From: Candidatus Aminicenantes bacterium | GTDB lineage: Bacteria > Acidobacteriota > Aminicenantia > Aminicenantales > JAFGBC01 | DNA length: 64,000 bases | NCBI GenBank assembly: GCA_963702005.1 | Contig: OY969696.1 | Location: forward strand, 2,688,001 to 2,752,000 | Direction: 5' to 3' | In this document: positions 31,127 to 40,903 of the stretch, in pieces | Numbering within the stretch: the first letter of the stretch is position 1 | Layout of the letters: every line of letters starts with the position of its first letter | The notes under the pieces: generated by a model | Databases searched by the model: none | Told to the model about the DNA's origin: nothing | What the model saw: only the letters and a program-made list of their open reading frames with translations | Translations under genes and position numbers: made by a program

Positions 31127-32629
31127 TTATCGTCTCTCTTTCGCGTTCTTGCTTTTCCGGATTCCCGGGAGTTCGAGGAATTTCCGGTACGCTTCCCGCC
31201 AGGCGGCCGAGGGGCGCGGCCGGAAGGTTTGGAGGGGAAAGGAGGCGCGCACGATGGCCCTCATCTCGGCCTGCGTTCGGACCAGACCGAGGGCCTTGAG
31301 CTGAACCAGGATATTCCCGGCCGAGGTCGCCTCGGCCGGGCCGGCGACGACGGAGAGGCCGGTCGCGTCCGCCGTGAGCTGGTTGAGGAGCTCGTTCTTG
31401 GACCCTCCTCCGATGATGTGGAGGCGCCCGACCGGACGGCCGATGATCTCTCGGATTTCCTCGATGACGAAGCGGTACTTGAGGGCCAGGCTTTCCAGGA
31501 TGGATCGGACGAATCCGGCCGGGGATTCGAGCGGCGTCTGTCCGGTCCGGGACAGAAAGCCGTTGACGGCGTCCGGCATGTCGGGCGGGTTGAGAAAATC
31601 GGGCGCATCGGGATCGATCAAGGCCTTGAAGGCCGGGGCCGTTTCGGCCATTCGGGCCAGCTCTTCATAGCTGTAGGTTCTCCGTTTCGTCCAGCTCTTC
31701 CGGCAGCCCTGGATGAGCCAAAGCCCCATGACGTTCTTCAGGAAGCGGATGGTCCCCTCGACGCCGCCTTCATTCGTGAAATTATGGGCGAGCGTCGTCC
31801 CGGAGACGATCGGCCTGGGAATCTCGATTCCCAGGCAAGACCAGGTGCCCGAAGAGATATAAGCATAGTCGGAGTCTTCAGCCGGGACGGCCGCGATGGC
31901 CGAAGCCGTATCATGGGTCGCGGTCGCGACGACTCGGGCCTTCCCGAGCCCGGTCTCGGCGGCGATCGGGCCGAGGAGCGGACCGAGGATCGTCCCCGGC
32001 GGGGTCGGATCCAGCATGATCCCGGGCGAGATGCCGAGCGCCTTGAATAAGGTCTTGTTCCATGTCCTCTTCCCGGGATCAAGAAGCTGGGAGGTCGAGG
32101 CGATCGTGTACTCGGTCGTCTGCCGGCCGGTCAAGAGATAATGGAAGAGGTCGGGCATGAAGAGAAGACGGTCCGCCGCCGCCAGAAGGGGAGACCGGTT
32201 TCGGACCAACCTGTAGAGCTGGAACAGCGAATTGAAGGGCAGGAATTGGATACCGGTCAACTCGTAAATCCGCTCCCGCTTGACTTTCTTGAAAAACTCC
32301 TCCATCGCCCCGCGGAGCTTGAAGTCGCGATAGGCGTAGGGAAGGCCGAGGATGGTGCCGTCCTTGGCCAGAAGGCCGAAGTCGACGCCCCAAGTGTCGA
32401 CGGCCAGGCTGTCGATCTCCGTCGTAACATCCGCGGCGCAGATTTTAAGGGCTTTCTTGATCTCGGACAGGAGTCCGTAGATGTTCCAGTGGAGACCGCC
32501 GTTGAGCGTCAGGATTTCGTTGGAAAATCGATGGAGCTCGTCGAGCGAAAGGCGGCCGTCCTGGAAGCGGCCGAGGACGGCGCGCCCGCTTTCGGCCCCG
32601 AGGTCGAAGGCCAAAAAGCGGCGCGTCAT
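31127..32629 (-). CDS. rhaB: Rhamnulokinase
   Basis: AFDLGAESGR, DTWGVDF, HDTASA, SSGTWS, NFTNEGG, GPAEAT..GN. Confidence 0.95.
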   Translation of the reverse strand: MTRRFLAFDLGAESGRAVLGRFQDGRLSLDELHRFSNEILTLNGGLHWNIYGLLSEIKKALKICAADVTTEIDSLAVDTWGVDFGLLAKDGTILGLPYAYRDFKLRGAMEEFFKKVKRERIYELTGIQFLPFNSLFQLYRLVRNRSPLLAAADRLLFMPDLFHYLLTGRQTTEYTIASTSQLLDPGKRTWNKTLFKALGISPGIMLDPTPPGTILGPLLGPIAAETGLGKARVVATATHDTASAIAAVPAEDSDYAYISSGTWSCLGIEIPRPIVSGTTLAHNFTNEGGVEGTIRFLKNVMGLWLIQGCRKSWTKRRTYSYEELARMAETAPAFKALIDPDAPDFLNPPDMPDAVNGFLSRTGQTPLESPAGFVRSILESLALKYRFVIEEIREIIGRPVGRLHIIGGGSKNELLNQLTADATGLSVVAGPAEATSAGNILVQLKALGLVRTQAEMRAIVRASFPLQTFRPRPSAAWREAYRKFLELPGIRKSKNAKERR

Positions 32630-32783
32630 CGCCGGGCGGCTCCGGCGGTCGGATGGAACGGCTTCAACCCTCATCTGTCCATTGCTTATCATAGACCGTA
32701 TGACCGTCTGCTGGCAATGGGGTAGGGGACCTTTGAAAATAAGATCCTTTTCCCTTATCATAGTCGTGAAAGCATTGGCGGCC

Positions 32784-34148
32784 ATGGACTTCGACGACGA
32801 AATCAAGTTGATTCGCAAACAGCGGACGTCTCGGCCTCGGGGCCGGACCGTCGAGGACGCCTGGCGGAAGATCGATGGGGAGGGAGAGCGCTCGACCAAG
32901 GACAAGCTTCAGAGCCTGATCACCCTGACGGTCAAGAAAGACCGCGGCCGGACCGCCGGGACGGAGAAACCCGGATCCCCCGCCGCTCCCGCTCGGACGT
33001 CGCAGCCGCTCCGGATCTTCGAGAATCCCTATCCGCTCCATGTCCGCTACGGCCGGATCTCGCTCGCGGCCGGCCTTGACCTCGACCGGAATCTCATGGC
33101 CAAGCTCATTCGCGCCTCGAGTCGGGACGACGAGCCGGGCGAAGTCGACCTCCAGCGGGCCCTGTTCATCGACCTGGAGACGACCGGTCTGGCCGGGGGG
33201 ACGGGGACCCTGCCGTTCCTGGTCGGGATGGGATTCTACAAGGACGATCGCTTTCATGTCGTCCAGCATTTCCTGGAGGACCCGGCCGAAGAGGGTATCT
33301 TCATCGCCGGCCTCCGCCGCTTCTTCGGCGAGATGGACTTCCAGAGTTTGGTCACCTACAACGGAAAACTTTTCGACATCCCACTCCTCGAGACCCGCTT
33401 CGTCCTCAATCGGACGCCCTTCCCGCTGACCGACCTGCCCCATCTCGATTTTCTCTTTTCAGCCCGGACCCTCTGGAAACACAAGCACGAAAGCTGCCGG
33501 CTCTTTCATCTGGCCAGAGAGGTCGTCCAGGCCGACCGGCTCGAGGATATCCCCTCGGCCGAGATCCCGGTCCGCTATTTCGAATACCTCCGGACGCGGG
33601 ATTTTTCGCTGATCGAGCCCATCCTCTACCACAACCAGGAAGATATCCTATCCCTGCTCGGGGTCGTCATCTCGGGACTCCACCAGATCGCCGAGGGAGA
33701 AAGGACGGCCGCGGCCGGCGCTCCGTCCGACGCCATGGACCTCTACGGAACGGGAAAGTTCTTCGAGCGGGTGGGCGATGCCGAGACCTCCGTCCGCTAC
33801 TACGAGCGGGCCCTCCAAGGCCGGCTGTCGAGGGATACGGCCGCGGCGGCCCGCCGGAGCCTTTCGGCCCATTTCAAGAAAGCCAAAAAGTACGACCGGG
33901 CGGTCGCCCTTTGGCAGGAAATGACCCGAGCGAACCAGCTGGTAAGTTTCCGGGAACTGGCCATTCACTACGAGCATCGCGAAAAAAATCTTCAAAGGGC
34001 CCTCAACGTCGCCCAGGAGGGCATGGTCCTGGCCCTGGATGAGGCCGCCGAGTTGTTCCTGAAGGATTTCGAGCACAGGATCGAACGGCTCAAAGCTAAG
34101 CTCGGCCGGGCCGCGATACCGAGGCCGGTGAAGGGAAGGACAAAATGA
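32784..34148 (+). CDS. RNase H-like (YprB/MrfB-type) exonuclease with TPR C-terminus
   Basis: FIDLETTGL, TYNGKLFDIP, HLDFL, YHNQEDILSL, C-terminal ELAIHYEHREK helices. Confidence 0.85.
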   Translation: MDFDDEIKLIRKQRTSRPRGRTVEDAWRKIDGEGERSTKDKLQSLITLTVKKDRGRTAGTEKPGSPAAPARTSQPLRIFENPYPLHVRYGRISLAAGLDLDRNLMAKLIRASSRDDEPGEVDLQRALFIDLETTGLAGGTGTLPFLVGMGFYKDDRFHVVQHFLEDPAEEGIFIAGLRRFFGEMDFQSLVTYNGKLFDIPLLETRFVLNRTPFPLTDLPHLDFLFSARTLWKHKHESCRLFHLAREVVQADRLEDIPSAEIPVRYFEYLRTRDFSLIEPILYHNQEDILSLLGVVISGLHQIAEGERTAAAGAPSDAMDLYGTGKFFERVGDAETSVRYYERALQGRLSRDTAAAARRSLSAHFKKAKKYDRAVALWQEMTRANQLVSFRELAIHYEHREKNLQRALNVAQEGMVLALDEAAELFLKDFEHRIERLKAKLGRAAIPRPVKGRTK

Positions 34149-35152
34149 AAGCCATGGTCCTCGAAGCCTTCGCTCCCGTCAAGGAAAAACCCCTCAAGCT
34201 TATGGACCAGCCCGTCCCCGATCCCGGGCCGGGCGAGATCCTGCTCTGGATCGAATTCTGCGGCGTCTGCCACTCGGACCTCCATATCGTCGAAGGCGAC
34301 CTCAAGGACGCCCGGCTCCCCATCATCCCCGGCCATCAAGTCGTGGGCATCGTGATCAAGGCGGGGGAGGGGGCGGGAGAGAGGCTCACGGTCGGCACGA
34401 AAGCCGGGGCCGCCTGGCTCTATGCGGCTTGCGGATACTGCGAATTTTGCCTCAGCGGCCAGGAGAACCTGTGCCGGATGGCCCGGTTCACGGGCTATCA
34501 TGTCAACGGCGGGTACGCCGAATACATGGTCATTCCCGAGAAGTTCGCCTATCGAATCCCGGAGGGTTTCACAAACCTTCAGGCGGCGCCCCTTCTCTGC
34601 GCAGGGATCATCGGCTATAGGGCCCTGCGCATGAGCGGGGCGGCAGCCGGGTCGCGCCTTGGTCTCTACGGGTTCGGCGCCTCGGCGCACATCGCCATCC
34701 AAGTGGCGAAGCGCTGGGGCTGCGAGGTCTTCGTCTTCTCGAGGAGCGAGAAACACCGCCAACACGCGCTTGAGCTCGGGGCGGCCTGGGCGGGGGATGT
34801 CCAGGATGAGCCTCCCTCCAAACACCTGTCCTCGGTCGTTTTCGCGCCGGCGGGAGAGGTCGTCCTCAGTGCGCTCGATAATACAGACCGGGGCGGGACC
34901 GTGGCCGTGGCCGGGATCACCATGACGCCCCTGCCCGAGCTGGACTACGAAAAACACCTCTATTGGGAGCGGACGCTCCAAAGCGTCTCCAACGCCACGC
35001 GTGTCGACGGGGAAGAACTTCTCAAGCTCGCCTCCGAGATCCCGGTCAAGACTTCGACCAAGGTCTTCGCCCTCAAGGAAGCCAACGAAGCGCTCATCGA
35101 GATCAAGGAAAGCCGGATCAAGGGCGCCGCGGTCCTCAAGATCGGGAAATAA
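34145..35152 (+). CDS. Zinc-dependent alcohol dehydrogenase
   Basis: CGVCHSDLH, PGHQ, CGYCEFC..C, PLLCAG, GFGASA. Confidence 0.93.
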   Translation: MKAMVLEAFAPVKEKPLKLMDQPVPDPGPGEILLWIEFCGVCHSDLHIVEGDLKDARLPIIPGHQVVGIVIKAGEGAGERLTVGTKAGAAWLYAACGYCEFCLSGQENLCRMARFTGYHVNGGYAEYMVIPEKFAYRIPEGFTNLQAAPLLCAGIIGYRALRMSGAAAGSRLGLYGFGASAHIAIQVAKRWGCEVFVFSRSEKHRQHALELGAAWAGDVQDEPPSKHLSSVVFAPAGEVVLSALDNTDRGGTVAVAGITMTPLPELDYEKHLYWERTLQSVSNATRVDGEELLKLASEIPVKTSTKVFALKEANEALIEIKESRIKGAAVLKIGK

Positions 35153-35164
35153 CGCACCCCGCGA

Positions 35165-35193
35165 TTGAAAATGGGCACCTATTACGTTATATT
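35165..35193 (+). promoter_or_regulatory. Sigma70 promoter of tRNA-Arg
   Basis: TTGAAA-17 bp-TATATT, ending 24 bp upstream of the tRNA. Confidence 0.65.
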
Positions 35194-35217
35194 AGGGAAG
35201 ATTTTCGGCATCATGAT

Positions 35218-35306
<89 letters not shown>

Positions 35307-35400
35307 ATATAGAACTGATTTTCAGTTAGTTAGCCTTTCTGACCTGGGCGGCCCGGTTTAATCTGGATTAGCCTCAATTTGCCCCTATTATCCCTCTAAC

Positions 35401-35421
35401 GTGGCACAAATGTGGCACAAA
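35401..35421 (+). promoter_or_regulatory. Putative integrase arm-type sites, element 1 left end
   Basis: GTGGCACAAA twice (35401, 35412); the motif recurs at 48082 near the other end. Confidence 0.75.
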
Positions 35422-35434
35422 AATATTTAATGGA

Positions 35435-36625
35435 TTATAAAATTACGACTCGGAGCTTGCCTTCGTCCGTGACGATGAGCTTTCTAAAGCCGGCTTGATA
35501 TGGTGGACCAAGAACGAAGCTAAATCGCGCATGAAGCTTTTGGAGTTTTTGAACTTGCTCTTCAAGCATGCGTATCTGACGCGGAGTCGACTTTGGATTC
35601 TGACGACAAGTTGCCAAGGTAGCTTTAGCGGTGCCCAATTCTTTGTCCTTATACAAACATTCAAAGGGCCAGCCGTCTATCGGCCTGAAATTCTTGTATC
35701 GGCTCAAAAGGTTATTTTTCAAAGTCCGCATGGCCTTTTCCGCGGGCTGTTTCGCGTGTGTACCGATGAATTTGATGAGCTCAGGAATCCGCGTGGAATG
35801 AAAGTGAATATCTAAGAGCAGGAAAATCACGAGCGGCCAGTCCGTCTTAAGCCGATGCTGTCCATCCTTCCGAAGGACATAATTGCGCTTTCGATCAAGT
35901 TTCCAGCGCGTGGCCTTCCGAATCAGGTGATAGACAAGAACATTGTAGGGGTGCGGGTGTTTTCCGCGCTTCCCGCGGGCGAGTTTGAAATAAGGAATCA
36001 TAGATTTTTCAATCTGATTTATTATCTTCGCCAATTTAATCCGCCATACCAAAAACTGTCTAGCATTTTCTTTTAAACCCGCCAGGTTCTTCTCGCGTTG
36101 CTGTTGCCTAAAATATAGATCTTCAACATAGATATCCCACTTGACCTGATTGTCCAAGATATTATTAAATTTCTCGATCTCAGCCTCTATTTTATCGATC
36201 TTATATTGAATCATTCTCTCAGCATTGTTTTTGGGCTTCGCTAAAGCCCAGGCAAAAGGCTCGGCAGCGCCAGGCGCCAGTCTCCTCCAATCCCGATGAA
36301 AGCTTAAAATCGACCTTTCAAATTGCGATTCTTGAGCTTGGTTATCCTTCTCGATTTTGCAGAGCTCCCGAAGTAATAGCTCGAGGCGGCAATAGAGATT
36401 AGCCTTGGCATGACGGCTCGGGTTGTCTTCGTCTTGGACATCGATTCCCTTTTTCATATAGAGCGGATCAATAAGTTCCCTAATTATCTCCCTCTTTTTC
36501 TTCTTGATATCCGGCCAGGCTCTAGGATTCAAACCTAAAAACTCCTCAACCTGCGTACGGTCCCCTTTCTTCACAGCGTTGACCACGTCAATAAAAAGGG
36601 GTGAATTGCGTTCATTGAATAGCAT
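35435..36625 (-). CDS. Hypothetical basic protein, AT-rich cargo of element 1
   Basis: 396-aa ORF, visibly lower GC than the host genes; no motif recognised. Confidence 0.7.
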   Translation of the reverse strand: MLFNERNSPLFIDVVNAVKKGDRTQVEEFLGLNPRAWPDIKKKKREIIRELIDPLYMKKGIDVQDEDNPSRHAKANLYCRLELLLRELCKIEKDNQAQESQFERSILSFHRDWRRLAPGAAEPFAWALAKPKNNAERMIQYKIDKIEAEIEKFNNILDNQVKWDIYVEDLYFRQQQREKNLAGLKENARQFLVWRIKLAKIINQIEKSMIPYFKLARGKRGKHPHPYNVLVYHLIRKATRWKLDRKRNYVLRKDGQHRLKTDWPLVIFLLLDIHFHSTRIPELIKFIGTHAKQPAEKAMRTLKNNLLSRYKNFRPIDGWPFECLYKDKELGTAKATLATCRQNPKSTPRQIRMLEEQVQKLQKLHARFSFVLGPPYQAGFRKLIVTDEGKLRVVIL

Positions 36626-36687
36626 TTTCTAGTTGCCTTCGACCCTTATCCTACATCATACTTTAAGGCGTAGCAAGGAATTTCAAA

Positions 36688-36906
36688 ATGAAAAAAGAAG
36701 GCACAAAGATTCAGCCGGGACGGACGCTGAAGAGTCTCCGCGTTTTAGCGGGACTTAATCAGAAGGATCTGGGAAATCTTATCGGAATTTCTCAGCAGGA
36801 GATCTCGAAGCTGGAGCACGGCGTATTTCTTCCGGGGTCCGAACTCAGACAAAAAATCTCGGACGCGCTAGGTCAGCCGGCCTCCATTATCTATCCGGAG
36901 CTCTAA
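36688..36906 (+). CDS. XRE-family HTH regulator
   Basis: LKSLRVLAGLNQKDLGNLIGISQQEISKLEHG. Confidence 0.88.
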   Translation: MKKEGTKIQPGRTLKSLRVLAGLNQKDLGNLIGISQQEISKLEHGVFLPGSELRQKISDALGQPASIIYPEL

Positions 36907-37128
36907 GTGGAATCTAGATATCTTCGACTCCCGGCAGCCTCCTTATATTTGGGATTAAGCCGGAGCACTGTATATAAATTGGTAAGTCGTCGGAAAATTC
37001 CGCACGTGAAGCTCGGCAAGGTCCTTATTTTTGACAAAAAAATTATCGATAGGTGGATGGCCCGGCGCCGGCAAGATCCGCCTGGCTGGGGCGCAGAGAA
37101 TCACGCGGCCCGCGCGTCAATGGAGTAA
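36907..37128 (+). CDS. Excisionase-type HTH_17 DNA-binding protein
   Basis: YLRLPAASLYLGLSRSTVYKLV..IPHVKLG..IDRW. Confidence 0.85.
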   Translation: MESRYLRLPAASLYLGLSRSTVYKLVSRRKIPHVKLGKVLIFDKKIIDRWMARRRQDPPGWGAENHAARASME

Positions 37129-37131
37129 AAA

Positions 37132-39219
37132 TTGAGCGATATTAAGTTCGTTGTCACTGTTGACACCGCTTCTGGCAAGGCGGCCATCAAGCAGCTCGAG
37201 GGCGACATCCAGGGTCTTGGCACAACGTCAACGAAGTCCGGCAGTGCTCTGGGCGGGATGTGGAAGCAGGTTATCGGGGGGATGAGTGCTTACAGCCTTC
37301 TGAGCAAGGCTGGTCGTGAGGTCGTACAGTTCCTGGAGGATACCTGGAAGGCGGCGCTTGATGCCGAGGCGGCCGACAACGAACTCCGAAACGCCCTGGC
37401 CTCCACGGGCCGGGAGGTTGAGGCGAATGCCAAACATTTCAGCGACCGGGCGGCGGCGCTCCAGGACATGACGGTTTACGACGATGAGGCCATCAAGCGC
37501 GTCCAGGCCCTGCTCCTGCAACTTACGAACCTGGACCAGAAGGGACTGGACGCGGCGACCAAGGGCGCCATCGGCTTGGCTACGACACTGAAGATCGACC
37601 TTCAGAGTGCGGCGTCGATAGTAACCAAGGCGATGGAAGGTAATTATGCGTCCCTGGGCCGGTACGGGATTAAAGTCCGAGAGACGGGGACTGAAGAGCA
37701 GAAGCGTGCGGACCTGCTGGCCAAGTTGGGGGTCCTCTATCAGCGGTCGGTGGCCGAGACCGACACGGTTCGGGGCGCCCTGATTCAGTTGAAAAACGCA
37801 TACCAGAATGTTCAAGAGGAAATCGGAGGCGCCGTCGTCAAGAGCTCCGAGTTTCGGGATATCCTCGTCCTTATCAAGACGTTCGTTAAAGAGTTCGGCT
37901 TCATACTGACGCACGATCTCGGCGGGGGATTCAACGTCATTAAAACGTCGCTCGCCTCTTTTCTTGACCTCGTCCGGACCCGGTTCGGCCCGGCGCTCGC
38001 TCTCATGGAGCTCGAGCATGCGAAATATCTGAAGACGCAGCGGGAGGGCTCCGCGATCATCCTCATGGGGACGAAGGCTCTGGAGGGCATGGATAAGGCT
38101 CTCAAATCGGTCGGCATAGACGTCAGGAATCTCGTACCGTGGATCGGTAAGACAGGGGAGGAAACCAAGAAGGCCGGCAAGACCCTGGAGGATTATCAAA
38201 AGGAGGGAAAGGCGCTCGGCGTCACGATCAGAGCTGACCTCATCGAGAAACTCGCCGCGATGCAGAAGGGCCTGACCTCGCTCTCGGGCGCGGGGCAGCT
38301 TGCGGCCCCAGATATCGTCAAGGTCAAGTTGGCCATCATCGACCTGAAGCTTCAACTCGGACAGATCAGCCCCGAGATGGCGGCGACCGAGAAGAGCATC
38401 GTCACGGGATGGAGAAGTGTTCAAGCGAAAGTAGTTCCCATAACGCAAGAGATCAGCCTGGGGATAACGAAGCTCACGAAGACCGACCAGGCTTGGGCTG
38501 CACAGGTGGTCAGGGATTCCGGTTTAGCTGTTAGCTCTTATCAGAGAACTGCCAATAAGGCGAGAGAAGTTGAGGGAGTTATTTTTCAAGCTCAGCAAAA
38601 TATGATGACTTCGAACGAAGCCTTAGCAGAAAATGCCGCCCAATATCTTTCAAAGATCGAGCAAGCCTTTGAAGATCTCAAAGTTAGTTGCGGTGATGCC
38701 TTTGTTCAGATCGGCCTCGGCCATAAGAATTTTCTTGAAGGAGCCAAGGAGCTAGTCGAGCAATTCGGAAATGAAGTCGGGGCCGCGACGCGAAAATGGA
38801 TGATGGATCTAGCCGGCCAGACTGCACGCGAATTTATTATGAACCAGGCCAAGGCACTGCAGGGTGTTTTGGCTTCGATCTTCTCGAAAATTCCCTTCCC
38901 GTTTTCTATCGTCGCGGCCGGCACGGCGATTGCGGCTGTCACGGCCCTCTTTGCTAAGATCCGGGCGTTCGAGTCGGGAGGCATCGTCATGCGGCCGACC
39001 CTAGGGATGATCGGTGAGGCTGGCCCGGAGATGGTCCTCCCCCTAACGCCCAAGACGATCAATAATTACTTCGGGGGAAACCAGGGTAGGAGCCGTCCCA
39101 TGCAGCCGACCATCATTATCAAGATCGGGGACGATGTCCTGGTTAAAAAGGTGGTCGACATCGTCGAGAACGAGTCCAGATTAGGCAAAATGAAAATTAG
39201 CTCAAGGGCAATCATCTAG
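37132..39219 (+). CDS. Phage tail tape-measure-like protein (695 aa)
   Basis: DIKFVVTVDT N-terminus, long Ala/Gly-rich helices (LQDMTVYDDEAI, SLGRYGI), hydrophobic segment, C-terminal FESGGIVMRPTLGMIGEAGPEMVLPL TMP motif. Confidence 0.82.
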   Translation: MSDIKFVVTVDTASGKAAIKQLEGDIQGLGTTSTKSGSALGGMWKQVIGGMSAYSLLSKAGREVVQFLEDTWKAALDAEAADNELRNALASTGREVEANAKHFSDRAAALQDMTVYDDEAIKRVQALLLQLTNLDQKGLDAATKGAIGLATTLKIDLQSAASIVTKAMEGNYASLGRYGIKVRETGTEEQKRADLLAKLGVLYQRSVAETDTVRGALIQLKNAYQNVQEEIGGAVVKSSEFRDILVLIKTFVKEFGFILTHDLGGGFNVIKTSLASFLDLVRTRFGPALALMELEHAKYLKTQREGSAIILMGTKALEGMDKALKSVGIDVRNLVPWIGKTGEETKKAGKTLEDYQKEGKALGVTIRADLIEKLAAMQKGLTSLSGAGQLAAPDIVKVKLAIIDLKLQLGQISPEMAATEKSIVTGWRSVQAKVVPITQEISLGITKLTKTDQAWAAQVVRDSGLAVSSYQRTANKAREVEGVIFQAQQNMMTSNEALAENAAQYLSKIEQAFEDLKVSCGDAFVQIGLGHKNFLEGAKELVEQFGNEVGAATRKWMMDLAGQTAREFIMNQAKALQGVLASIFSKIPFPFSIVAAGTAIAAVTALFAKIRAFESGGIVMRPTLGMIGEAGPEMVLPLTPKTINNYFGGNQGRSRPMQPTIIIKIGDDVLVKKVVDIVENESRLGKMKISSRAII

Positions 39220-39488
39220 TGGACGGTGAGCTGATCGGAGTCTTTTTGGCCGGGGTCTTTAGGCAGGACCCCCGTCGATTTCTTCTGGTCTTTGGCCCCT
39301 CGGCCAACACCTTCACCTTAACTTTTGTACCAACCGACGAGGCGGGGGAGCGCCTCCCGCTCACGTTTGAGACTATCTCCGCGATGCTCGAGGAAGCGAT
39401 CAAGAAGAGCTTCCTGGACCATGCCGTAGACGCCAAAGATGAGGCCGGCGAATGGGGGGGGGAGTTCGGGAAGCGGGGCAACGCTTAA
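39219..39488 (+). CDS. Hypothetical protein
   Basis: 89-aa ORF whose GTG start overlaps the TMP stop. Confidence 0.5.
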   Translation: MDGELIGVFLAGVFRQDPRRFLLVFGPSANTFTLTFVPTDEAGERLPLTFETISAMLEEAIKKSFLDHAVDAKDEAGEWGGEFGKRGNA

Positions 39489-39519
39489 GGGCAACTGCGT
39501 TTTTTAAGGATTCGAACAA

Positions 39520-40896
39520 ATGAGCAACGAAGTCGAGCGCGGGATCCTGGCGGCCCTGGCATTGAGGCCGTCGCTCTTCGAGCTGGCCGACGTCACAGCG
39601 GCGGATTTCGCACCGGGCCGAACGCGGGAGATGTTCTCGCTCATGGCTGAACAATGGGAATCAGACCGTCCGGCTGATTCGGAAGGGATCGATCTCAATC
39701 GGATCGCAGACAAGCTTAGGGGAGACTGCCCAGGAACATTTTGCGCGGAGATTATATCAGGCCAGGTCCGGGTCGAGCCCGAAACGTTCAAGCGCCGCGT
39801 CGCCGAGATCAGGCGTTGCCGACGATCCGAGCAAATCGTCACGGAGGCCCTTAAACTAGGAGAGATCCATCTCAAGACCGGAGCCTTTGACAAGGAAGGA
39901 TTCGCCGAACTGAGCCGGCTGATCGTTAAGCAGAGTGCGAACGGCGGACCCCAGATCGACGTCCTCGAGGTGCTGCGCACGGGGACCGAGCTCCAAAAGC
40001 TGGACGCACGAATCGAATATAGCATAGACAAGCTCTTGCCGGCCAAAAGCCTAACGCTTTTCCACGGTCGAGGAGGGATCGGAAAAACCTGGATCTGTCT
40101 CCAGCTCGCCGCCGCCGTTTCGGAGGGCGTCCCCGTATTCGGACAGGCTTCACGGCTTCAACCCGTCGTCTTCATCAACTTTGAGAATCCGCTCGCAATC
40201 ATGGTTGAAAGGGTCCGGCGCCTCGATGTCCGGTACGTTCACTTCTGGGACCGATCGGCGGATCCCCGCCCTCCCAAACTTGACTCCCCAGATTACGAGC
40301 TCTACAAAAAGCTCCCGGCCGGAGCGCTGCTGATATTCGACTCGCTCAGGTCTGGACATGACGGGGACGAAAACTCGAGCCGGGATATGGCGATCGTCAT
40401 GGGGCGCCTCAAAGAGTTCCGGGAGGCCGGCTTCACCGTCCTGGTCAACCATCACTCGGCAAAAGGCAACGAGAAGAGCTATAAGGGCTCGACGGCGATC
40501 TCCGATCTCGCCGACCATGTCCTGTCTTTCTTCAAGGTCCGGCCATCCAGCTTCGAGGAGATTGAAGACGATCTGGGCCCGGCCCCCGGGGACCTCTTCT
40601 ATTTTGGGACGCGCGAAAAAACGCGCTACGAGCCCTTCAAGCTCTTCCTGAGTTTCCAGGACGGAGGCAGCTTCATCCTGGCCGGAGATCCGGATGTGGA
40701 TAAGCTGGCCGAGATACAGGCCTTCATCGGATCCGCCGGCCACGGCCTGACTCAAACAGAGGTCTGCGCCTGGGCGAAAGCTGAGTTTGGCATCGGCAAG
40801 AAAGGCAAGATCATCGCGCTCCTGACCAAAGGCGCCTCAGCAGGGCGCTGGAGGTCCCGGCGCGACGGCTACCGGAGGATCTATGAATCACTTTGA
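39520..40896 (+). CDS. Replicative helicase: DnaB-N-like domain fused to RepA/AAA_25 ATPase
   Basis: EVERGILAALAL..ADF N-terminus; Walker A GRGGIGKT; LLIFDSL Walker B; DEN, NHHSAK, GSTAI. Confidence 0.82.
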   Translation: MSNEVERGILAALALRPSLFELADVTAADFAPGRTREMFSLMAEQWESDRPADSEGIDLNRIADKLRGDCPGTFCAEIISGQVRVEPETFKRRVAEIRRCRRSEQIVTEALKLGEIHLKTGAFDKEGFAELSRLIVKQSANGGPQIDVLEVLRTGTELQKLDARIEYSIDKLLPAKSLTLFHGRGGIGKTWICLQLAAAVSEGVPVFGQASRLQPVVFINFENPLAIMVERVRRLDVRYVHFWDRSADPRPPKLDSPDYELYKKLPAGALLIFDSLRSGHDGDENSSRDMAIVMGRLKEFREAGFTVLVNHHSAKGNEKSYKGSTAISDLADHVLSFFKVRPSSFEEIEDDLGPAPGDLFYFGTREKTRYEPFKLFLSFQDGGSFILAGDPDVDKLAEIQAFIGSAGHGLTQTEVCAWAKAEFGIGKKGKIIALLTKGASAGRWRSRRDGYRRIYESL

Positions 40897-40903
40897 CCGT
40901 GAT

